This document shows, one piece after another, positions 43,401 through 50,400 of a stretch of 64,000 nt of DNA. The DNA is from Thiotrichaceae bacterium (GTDB taxonomy: Bacteria; Pseudomonadota; Gammaproteobacteria; Beggiatoales; Beggiatoaceae), in assembly GCA_029939505.1 (NCBI GenBank), contig JAOZSV010000005.1, positions 477 to 64,476 on the forward strand, in the 5' to 3' direction. The notes under the pieces were generated by a model that was not told the DNA's origin, did not search any database, and saw nothing but the letters and a program-made list of their open reading frames with translations. Made by a program: the position numbers and the translations under genes. Position 1 is the first letter of the stretch, and the number at the start of each line of letters is the position of its first letter.

Positions 43401-44319
43401 TGCCACCGTTTCAGCTATATCAAACGCACTAGAAAAACCGGTTATAGGTCGCCCCCTTGCCAACATCCAAATTTACATTTTAGATTGTTATCAACGACCT
43501 GTTCCCATCGGCGTCCCCGGTGAACTCTACATTGGCGGTGCCTGTTTAGCTCGCGGCTACCTCAACCGTCCAGAATTAACCGTCGAAAAATTTATCAAAA
43601 ATCCTTTTAGTGAAGAACCGGGGGCACGTCTCTATAAAACCAGTGATTTGGCTCGCTATCTATCTGATGGTAATATTGAATACTTAGGCCGTATAGATAA
43701 TCAAGTCAAAATTCGAGGATTTCGGATTGAATTGGGCGAAATCGAAGCTGTGTTGGGACAACACTCCCTCGTGCGAGAAAGTGCTGTGGTTGTCCATGAA
43801 ATCTCTCAAACGGACAAACGTTTAGTCGCCTATCTCGTGCCGCATCAAGGACAAGAGATTGAAAATACGGAATTACGTGGTTTCCTGACTTCACTCTTGC
43901 CAGATTACATGATTCCCTCTGCCTTGGTGACCTTAGATACCCTACCACTCACGCCCAACGGTAAGATAGACCGCCGTGCCTTATCGATGTTATCGGTCAA
44001 TTATGACCGTTCAGAAGAACAATTTGTCGCACCTCGCACACATGAGGAAGAACTGTTGGCAGGGATTTGGGCGGAGGTGTTGAGTATCTCGCAAGTCGGT
44101 GTCCACAACAATTTCTTTGAACTGGGTGGCCATTCTCTACTCGCCACCCAACTTATGTCACGGATTCGTGACAGCTTTGAAGTTGAACTGCCCTTACGCT
44201 TTATGTTTGAAAAACCGACCATTGCTGAACTAGCTGAGAGCATTGAAACGTTCCGTATGGTGGTGCAACCGATTACCACAGATATTTCAGAAGAAGAATG
44301 GGAAGGAGGAAGATTATGA
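34420..44319 (+). CDS. Trimodular NRPS: (C-A-PCP) x3
   Basis: 3299-aa ORF.
- C His-motifs: HHVISDGWS, HHIIADGWS, HHIISDDWS (41521-41547).
- A cores: LAYTIYTSGSTGKPKG, IAYMLYTSGSTGLPKG, LAYVIYTSGSTGQPKG.
- PCP: GGHSLLATQ, three times.
- Specificity codes read by eye against GrsA positions: DILQLGLIWK (canonical Gly), DIWEMTADDK (Dab-like), DTKDIGIVDK (close to Glu DAKDLGVVDK).

No E, MT, Cy or Ox domain; each module is about 1100 aa. Confidence 0.93.
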   Translation: MTTMEKTDLAKDELLALLLEEEEGLNVLEEEGLNVYTGQEEIVARDKTVGEPSPEKTELVKEELLALFLEEEGLDVSTGKEIIARDKTVGELPLSFAQQRLWFLDQLIPESPAYNIPVAVRLTGMLRIAVLEQTFTDIVRRHEVLRTTFTVGQDDQPVQIIETSDLTISLPIIDLQALSPVEQPSEIQRLAIEEANRPFDLVKGPLLRLTLLQLSTETYVLLLTMHHVISDGWSIAIFIQEVAALYEAFSKGKPSPLSALPIQYADFAIWQRKWLEEEGVLETQINYWKQQLAGAPLVLELPTDHPRPAIQSFKGNIEKFEINEELTRQLNTLSQQSGTSFFMTLLAAFVVLLSRYSSQKDIVIGSPIANRNRSETEFLIGFFVNTLLMRITLSEKMTFRDLLMQTKQVALEAYDHQDIPFEQLVETLQPARNLSHSPLFQVMFALQNAPTRPLEMLDLNLEVLEVETTLSKFDLTLDIEESDSVLKGTFEYNTDLFEVATIIRMIEHFKTLLASIIAHPECQVTQLPLLNQTEKDQLLNKWNETQVSYLREEQCFPQLFEAQVERTPTAVAVVFQDQQITYQDLNTRANQLAYYLQTLGVQSETLVGLCVERSLEMIIGLLGILKAGGSYIPLDPNFPKERLAFMLEDAQVTVLLTQEKLARWFNEYQVQAVCLDKDWDKIAQENWTNPISDLNKNHLAYTIYTSGSTGKPKGVQIQHQSLTNFLYAIGKQFDINEQDILLAVTTISFDIAALELYLPLIVGAKIILANREESSDGILLLEKLNQAGVTVMQATPATWHLLLAAGWQKSHQLKILCGGEALPCELAKQLLARGQSVWNLYGPTETTIWSTLYLVKEPQTTTLEVPELIGRPINNTQVYILDAHLQLVPIGVHGELHIGGKGLARGYKDRPELTTEKFIKNPFSDDPYSRLYKTGDLTRYRPDGNIEYLGRIDNQVKIRGFRIELGEIEAVLGQHVQENAVIVHETSATDKRLVAYIVPHQEQTLENTELRAFLKERLPDYMVPSALVTLDALPLTPNGKIDRRALSRLSVSHERSEEQFVAPRTPEEELLAGIFAEVLSAPQVGVHDNFFELGGHSLLATQVMSRIRDTFEVELPLRELFESPTIGGLSELLSTKCRSAATLPPVTLVDREQPLSLSFAQQRLWFLNQLEGESATYNIPVTLRLEGPLHQNALLMSLQTLIQRHENLRTVFPTQKGQPVVQIVEKPFQLSVLDLSTLSLVLQQSEVQRLVNEYANRPFNLETGPLFRATLLQLGSKSYVLLLNMHHIIADGWSLWVLLQELSVLYEAFLLEITSPLPPLSIQYVDFAHWQRQWLTGEVLEQQLSYWKQQLVGVPTLLELPTDQPRSPIQSYQGANLPFSLSPKLTEQLQHLSQQAGTTLFMTLLAAFATLLSRYSGQSDIVIGSPIANRTHSFLESMIGLFVNTLVLRLSFEDNPPFIDVLQQARKVTLEAYDHQDIPFEQLVEELQPERSLSHSPLFQVMFDLQSVEMPMELAELTVTPVEVESTIAKFDLTLSMEETAQGLIGIFEYSTDLFELATIERLKGHFLTLLTSMVENPQQLIHELPLLTEAEQQQFLAWNKTTVDYPLDKTIADLFEEQVEQTPNAVAVVFKEQQLTYKKLNTKANKIAHYLRRSIMRNEFVGILEERGIDFLAAMLGILKAGGAFLPIDPSYPDDRVLYMVNNSQIHSLITRSTLFAKIATDVEKSGYLRQVLYLDGAKELGEGYQFYNSTELAGEPKHNPSCLNESIDIAYMLYTSGSTGLPKGAMVRHNGAVNHIYAQFDQLAFHQNTAFLQSASSSSDISVWQFLAPLLIGGRTIIVDFETVCDSAKLFQVIKSQQVTLIELVPVVMQGVLELVAQLPPEEQALPALEWAMVTGEAVSTSLVNQWLQTYPNIKLVNAYGPTEAADDICQAVLDKPLPKEQINVPIGKPLANLSLYVLDPQQQLLPIGLYGEICVAGVGVGTGYWRDEKKTKASFVNNPHANDTYNSVIYRTGDLGRWLPDGSLEFIGRLDDQVKIRGFRIELGEIEAVLGQYPLIAQNSVIVKETSQTDKRLVAYLVPNKEQVLENTALRTFLEERLPVHMIPSAFITLEALPLTPNGKVDRRALAKLSVSYDHLEEQFMAPRTPEEELLATIWAEVLDVSQVGVHDNFFELGGHSLLATQVISRIRDTFELELPVRVLFESPTIQTLSEHLGNVRRESALPPITLVNRNEPLPLSFAQLRLWFLNQLEGNSATYNIPAALRLEGPLHQNPLLRSLQTLVQRHENLRTVFPTLKGQPVIKIVDKPFQVNTLSLTALSLEKQQLEVQRLVNSDANRPFDLEIGPLFRATLLQLSAESHILLLNMHHIISDDWSLGVLIREWRVLYEAFVQDQASPLPPLPIQYVDFAHWQRQWLRDDVLEKQIDYWKQQLAGAPALLGLPTDHPRPPVQRFQGTSLPIFFSKELSEQLKHLSQQSGTTLFITLLSAFATLLSRYSGQNDIVIGSPIANRTHSQTESLIGFFVNTLVLRLNLSDNPPFETLLQQARRVALEAYTHQDIPFEQLVEKLQPARDISHSPLFQVMLVLQNAPQSSLELSGLTLTPLEMESTIAKFDLTLSIEETDQGIMGELNYNTDLFEATTIERLREHLYTLLTGLVANPQQPIHELPLLTEAEQKQLLAWNDTATDYPHDKTIVDLFEEQVEQTPDAVAVIFEDQQLTYQDLNSKANQLAHYIQDLGVKPEVLVGIYVERSPEMIIGLLGILKAGGAYVPFDPVYPTARLTFMLEDTKVLVLLTQSSLIEKLPKTQAQVVCLDVEADALSHLSAKNPTSGVVPTNLAYVIYTSGSTGQPKGVMIEHLSVINLLNGLYQTLYTHYKNSQLRVSMNGALTFDTSVKQLIQLLHGHVLDIIPEEVRFNKEALLAYLQAHQINVFDCTPSHLNLFFSKELLPNTSSVLHSIIIGGEPLDDLTWQFLQKTEKTSFYNIYGPTECTVDATVSAISNALEKPVIGRPLANIQIYILDCYQRPVPIGVPGELYIGGACLARGYLNRPELTVEKFIKNPFSEEPGARLYKTSDLARYLSDGNIEYLGRIDNQVKIRGFRIELGEIEAVLGQHSLVRESAVVVHEISQTDKRLVAYLVPHQGQEIENTELRGFLTSLLPDYMIPSALVTLDTLPLTPNGKIDRRALSMLSVNYDRSEEQFVAPRTHEEELLAGIWAEVLSISQVGVHNNFFELGGHSLLATQLMSRIRDSFEVELPLRFMFEKPTIAELAESIETFRMVVQPITTDISEEEWEGGRL
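34432..34692 (+). repeat. In-frame tandem duplication in the N-terminus of the trimodular NRPS
   Basis: Unit 1 (34432-34572) encodes EKTDLAKDELLALLLEEEEGLNVLEEEGLNVYTGQEEIVARDKTVGE. Unit 2 (34582-34692) encodes EKTELVKEELLALFLEEEGLDVSTGKEIIARDKTVGE. Unit 1 contains a nested 24-nt tandem repeat (34480-34503 and 34504-34527). Confidence 0.85.
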
Positions 44320-44489
44320 AAACCATTGAAGCATTTTTGTCTCATCTTAATAGTCTCAAGGTCAAGCTATGGGAAGATAAAGAAGAGTTATGTTATAAAG
44401 CCCCTAAGGGAGTCATAACACAAGCTTTATTCACAGAGATCGCTGAACGCAAAACTGAAATTATCACGTTTCTGCGCCAAGCGACTATT
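44316..44489 (+). other. TubC-N-like N-terminal docking domain; approximate bounds
   Basis: MKTIEAFLSHLNSLKVKLWEDKEELCYKAPKGVITQALFTEIAERKTEIITFLRQ matches my memory of the beta-hairpin docking domain consensus (...GVxLWxExxxLxYxAPKGxLTxELxxxLxxxKxELxxxL). Confidence 0.5.
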
Positions 44490-47400
44490 GCCACACGCGC
44501 TCATCTGCCACCCATTGTGCCGTTATCACGAGATAAAGACTTACCTTTGTCTTTTGCCCAACAGCGTTTATGGTTCTTGAACCAATTTGAGAGCGATAGT
44601 GCGACTTACAACATACCAGCCGCATTACGTCTTGAGGGGCCGCTTTACCAAGATGCTCTTATCAAGAGTTTACAAACTCTCGTACAACGTCACGAGAACT
44701 TACGAGCGGCTTTCCCAACGCGAAATGGGCACCCGGTCGTTCAAGTGGTCGAGAAGCCTTTCCAATTAAGTGTTTTGGATTTAACCACCTTATCGCTTGA
44801 AAAACAACAACCCAAAGTACAACAGTTGGTGAACCTTGATGCCAATCGTTCTTTTGACTTAGAAACGGGGCCATTATTCCGTGCTACCTTGCTTCAATTA
44901 AGTGCGGATTCACACGTTTTGTTGTTAAACATGCACCATATCATTTCGGATGGTTGGTCCATCGGGGTTTTGGTACGGGAGTTCAGTGCTGTTTATGAAG
45001 CCTTCGTGCAAGATCAACCTTCACCCTTGCCACCGCTGCCAATTCAATATGCGGATTTTGCTCACTGGCAACGGCAATGGCTACGTGGTGAAGTGCTTGA
45101 AGAACAAATCCGTTATTGGAAACAACAATTGGCCGGGGCACCAGCATTACTAGAATTGCCGACCGACTATCCACGTCCGCCAGTGCAACGTTTTCGAGGA
45201 ACCAGTTTACCGGTGGTACTCAAGCCAGAACTCACCGCTCAATTGAAACATTTAAGTCAGCAAGCCGGCACCACTCTGTTTACTACGCTGTTGTCGGCGT
45301 TTGCCATCTTATTGTCTCGCTACAGTGGGCAAAGCGATATTGTCATTGGTTCTCCCATCGCTAACCGCACTCATAGCTTCACTGAATCCTTGATTGGCTT
45401 TTTTGTCAATACGTTAGTGTTGCGCCTTAATCTTTCTGGTAATCCGCCTTTTGAGAACGTTTTACAACAAGCACGACAGGTAGCGTTGGAGGCGTATACT
45501 CATCAGGATATTCCTTTTGAACAATTAGTAGAAAAACTTAAACCAGAAAGGAAACTGAGTCACTCGCCGCTGTTTCAGGTCATGTTCGTCTTGCAGAATA
45601 CGCCGATGTCGGGCTTAGAATTAGCAGGGCTGAGTTTAACACCGTTAGAAGCAGAAAGCGTTATCGCTAAATTTGATCTGACGTTGTCAATGGAGGAAAC
45701 GGCAGACGGTTTTTTGGTCGGTGGGCTGGAATATAACACCGATTTATTTGAACGTCTTACAGTAGAACGTCTGATAGGGCATTTTAAGACTTTGCTCAAT
45801 GGTTTAGTGGCCAATCCACAGCAGCCTATTCACGAATTCCCTTTGCTCGCAGAGGCCGAACAAAAACAATTATTGGCTTGGAACGACACGGCCACAGATT
45901 ATCCGCGTGATAAGACCATTGTGGATTTGTTTGAAGAACAAGTGGAACAAATTCCCAATGCCGTTGCGGTGGTATTTAAAGATCAACAGCTGACCTATAG
46001 AGAATTAAATATAAAAGCCAATCAACTGGCTCATTATTTACAAAATCTCGGTGTCAAACTAGAGGTATTAGTCGGCATTTGCGTCGAGCGTTCTTTGGAA
46101 ATGATGATTGGGGTGTTGGGCATTCTTAAGGCTGGAGGGGCATACTTGCCACTTGATCCAGCTTATCCAGCAGCACGCTTGGCGTTTATGTTGAAAGATG
46201 CCAAAATACCGGTATTATTAACTCATTCTACTTTAGTGAAGGGCCTGCCATCACATCAAGCTAAAACAATTTGCTTAGATACGGATTGGAAAAAATTATC
46301 ACAGTTCAGTGAAAACAATTTGCTCACGGAGATGACTCCAGATAACTTAGCTTATGTAAATTACACCTCTGGCTCAACGGGTCAACCCAAAGGTGCAGAA
46401 ATTCGCCACCGTGGTGTCACTCGTCTCTTATTTGGGGTAGATTACATTCATTTAGATGCCAGTCAAGTTTTTCTCCAAATGGCCCCCATTTCTTTTGATG
46501 CTTCTACTCTTGAAATATGGGGTGCTTTGTTACATGGTAGCCAATGTATCCTCTTTCCCAGCAATATTCCTACTATCAAGGAATTAAATGAAGTTTTACA
46601 AAAACATCATGTGACCATTCTTTGGTTAACCGCAGCATTGTTTAATTCTATCATTGATAAAGTACCAGACATTTTCTCTGGTATTCGTCAACTGTTGGTG
46701 GGTGGAGAAGCGCTGTCGATACCTCATATTCGTCGCGCCCTTGATGCTTTACCAAACACTCAACTTATCAATGGTTATGGTCCCACCGAAAGCACCACTT
46801 TTACTTGTTGTTATCCTATACCTAAGTTACTCGATAATAATTTGTCATCCATTCCCATTGGCTATCCTATTGGTAACACCCAAGTCTATATTCTGGATGC
46901 TTGGCTACAATCAACCCCGATAGGAGTCCCTGGCGAATTGCATATTGGTGGTGCCGGATTGGCCCGAGGTTACTTCAATCGTCCAGAGTTAACTCAAGAG
47001 AAATTTATCCCTAATCCATTTAGTCAAGAGCCAGAAGCACAGTTGTACAAAACTGGTGATTTAGTTCGTTATCGAACTGACGGCAAAATTGAATATTTAG
47101 GTCGGATTGATAATCAAGTCAAGATTAGAGGGTTTCGGATTGAATTGGGTGAAATTGAAGCGGTCTTATCACAACATCCAGCCATACGAGAAAATGCCGT
47201 AATTGTCCATGAAACCTCAGCAACGGATAAACGCTTAGTTGCCTATCTTGTACCATCTAAATCTAAAGGGCAATTGATTAACAATACAGAATTACGTGGT
47301 TTCTTGAAAGAACGACTGCCCGATTACATGATACCATCGACCTTTGTCACGTTAGATACCATGCCACTCACGCCAACTGGTAAGATAGATCGTCGTGCTT

Positions 47401-50400
47401 TACCAGAACCAGATAGTACTGCTCGTCCACAATTAGAAGCCGCTTACGTCATGCCCCAAACAGATGCTGAACAACGCATTGCGACCGTTTGGCAGCAATT
47501 ACTACAAATTGAGAAAGTGGGTATTTATGATAACTTCTTTGAAGTGGGGGGTCATTCTTTACTAATGGTACAAATACAAAGCGAATTGCAGAAGCTCTTT
47601 AAGCAACCGCTATCCATGATTGAATTGTTTCAATATCCTACTATAAATGCGTTGGCGACACATTTAACTCAGGATAAGAGCCAAAAAACTGCTGGGGTTT
47701 TGAAAACGTCGGCATTATCAGGTGATAGCCAGGATATTGCCATTATTGGTATGTCGGGTCGTTTCCCAGGGGCTCAAGATGTTGATACCTTTTGGCAAAA
47801 TCTACGCAACGGTATTGAGTCAATCACCTTTTTCTCTGAGGAGGAATTGTTGACTGAAGGTATTGAACCCAGCTTACTGAATGATCCCAATTATGTTAAA
47901 GCCTTTGGGCTGTTGGAGGATATTGAATTATTTGATGCCGCTTTCTTCGGTTATTCGCCGGGAGAAGCGGAAATCCTCGATCCACAACAACGTTTTTTCT
48001 TAGAATGTGCTGTCGGGGCGATTGAAAATGCGGGTTACGATGTGAATCGGATTAAAGGGCAAGTGGGGGTTTTTGCGGGTATTGGCGTGAGTGACTATTT
48101 GTTAAACCATATTTTTTCCCATCAGTCTCTCATAGAATCCGTTGGGGAGTTGCCACTGTTGTTAGCGAATGATAAAGACTTTTTGTCCACCCGCATTTCC
48201 TACAAACTCAACCTGACAGGGCCAAGTCTCAATGTGCAAACAGCCTGTTCCACCTCATTGGTTGCTGTTCATCTCGCCAGTCAAAGCTTGCGGAATGGTG
48301 AGTGCGACATAGCGTTAGCAGGTGGCGTTTCAATACAAACACCACAAAAAGTTGGCTACCTGTATCAGCCAAACATGATTGTTTCTCCAGATGGTCATTG
48401 TCGAGCTTTTGATGCCAAGGCACAAGGTACCATTGGAGGGAGTGGCGTTGGTATTGTGGTACTCAAAAGATTAGATCAAGCATTGGCTGATGGCGATTAT
48501 ATTCATGCCGTTATTAAAGGTTCAGCTATTAATAATGATGGTGCCTTGAAAGTAGGCTACACTGCCCCCAGTGTTGACGGTCAAGCTGCTGCGATTGCAA
48601 AGGCGATGAGAGAAATCGATCCGGAAACGATTACTTATATAGAAACCCATGGTACCGGAACGACCTTGGGTGATCCCATTGAAGTAGCAGCATTGACTCA
48701 GGCATATCAACAACGGACGCAGAAAAAAGGCTTTTGTGCGATTGGTGCTGTTAAAACCAATGTGGGCCATTTGAATGCAGCGGCTGGAGTGACGGGTTTG
48801 ATTAAATCGGTGCTGGCACTTAAACATAAGATGTTACCGCCTAGCTTACATTTTGAACAACCGAATCCCAAAATTGATTTTGCCAACAGCCCATTCTTTG
48901 TGAACAACACATTGTCTGAGTGGAAATCGGATGGCGTTCATCGTTGCGGAGTCAGTGCTTTTGGTATGGGGGGAACTAACGCCCATGTTGTTCTTGAAGA
49001 AGCCCCACCAAGAGAACCAGCAAGCCTGGGAAGAACTTGGCAGTTGTTAACGCTTTCCGCAAAAACAGATTCGGCCCTTAAAGCGGCGGCCATGAATTTA
49101 GCCATATATCTTAAAGAACATCCAGAAATAAATTTTGCTGATGTCGCGTACACCTTGCAGGTAGGCCGTCAAACTTTCAAACATAGAGGTATGGTGGTTT
49201 GCCAGGAGATGAATGAAGCGATCAAAGTACTAGATACATTTGACCCAAAGCGCATAAGCATCTATGCCTCTGAACCTCGTGAACGCCCTATTGTGTTTCT
49301 ATTTCCGGGACTTGGCGATCATTATGTGAATATGGCTAAAGGTCTTTACCAGAGTGAAAAGATATTTCGTGAACAAATTGATTTTTGTTGTGACTGGCTC
49401 AAACCGTTATTGGGCCTTGATTTGCGGGAATTACTTTATCCAAACACAGAAGCCACTAAGGAAAGTGAATCGACCATTGTCCAGTCACAGTTTGATTTAA
49501 GAAAAATGTTTGCTTCTCAACCAGAGTCTGCCGATGGAACTAGCCAAAAACTGAATCAAACGATCTTCACGCAGCCGACTGTTTTTATGGTGGAGTACGC
49601 CTTGGCAAAATTATGGATGTCGTGGGGGATAAAACCCCAAGCCATGATAGGGTATAGTATTGGTGAATATGTGGCAGCCTGTATAGCCGGTGTCATTTCA
49701 CTGGAAGATGCCTTGCGTCTGGTGGCTGAAAGAGCAAAGATGATAGACAAACTACCCGAAGGTAGTATGTTGGCCGTGCCATTGTCGGAAGAAGAAGTTC
49801 TACCTCTACTAACCGAAGAACTCTCCCTAGCAATCATTAGTACCCCAAAACAATGTGTGGTTTCAGGACGATCCAAAGCAATAGGGGAGTTTGAGATAAT
49901 ACTGAAAGAAAAAGAGATTGTATGCCGTCGCTTACAATCCTATCATGCCTTTCATTCCTGGATGATGGACGGATGTAGCGAACCATTAGGGAAACTTATA
50001 GCAAGCATACCCCTAAAATCACCGACAATTCCCTATATTTCCAATGTAACGGGAACTTGGATTACGAAAGAACAGGCTACCAATCCGCATTATTGGGTGC
50101 AGCATACCACTCATACCGTGCGTTTTGCTGATGGAATTAACACGCTATTGCAAACACCTGATTGGATTTTCTTGGAAGTGGGTCCAGGCCGGAGTTTAGG
50201 AAGTTTTGTATTTCAGCATCCGTCCATCCAAAAGATTGAAGAGAGAGTGGTGCTTTCATCGTTACGACATAGGAATGAGCAACAGGCGGATGAAGCCTTT
50301 CTATTAAACATATTAGGTCAACTTTGGCTGGCTGGTATCCAAATCAAGAGTTCTTCCTTTTATGCTGAAGAGACACGTTACCGTCTACCTTTACCCTCCT

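Noticed and set aside
44298-44315. ATG 44298 as the start of the last megasynthase
   Set aside because: ATG 44316 has a GGAGGA Shine-Dalgarno at 44305-44310, forms an ATGA stop-start overlap, and begins exactly at the docking-domain sequence.
37479-44345. Recurrent similar antisense ORFs (37479-37859, 40824-41183, 44001-44345) that could look like a repeated small gene
   Set aside because: They recur only because the sense-strand PCP-C junction DNA is duplicated between modules. Their similarity is a by-product of the NRPS repeats.
34700-45900. The C domains of modules 2-5 (LPLSFAQQRLWFLNQLEG..SATYNIP...RHENLRTVFPT..GQPV) reminded me of D-to-L (DCL) or dual E/C condensation domains, despite the absence of E domains
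   Set aside because: I cannot subtype C domains reliably by eye, and I found no second N-terminal His motif typical of dual E/C domains. This needs NaPDoS or HMM subtyping before any stereochemical claim.
33600-47400. Possible CRISPR-like or satellite array, because of regularly recurring near-identical segments
   Set aside because: The repeat period is about 3.3 kb, equal to one NRPS module. The repeats are coding (A8-A10/PCP/C1-C3 motifs), and there are no short spacers.
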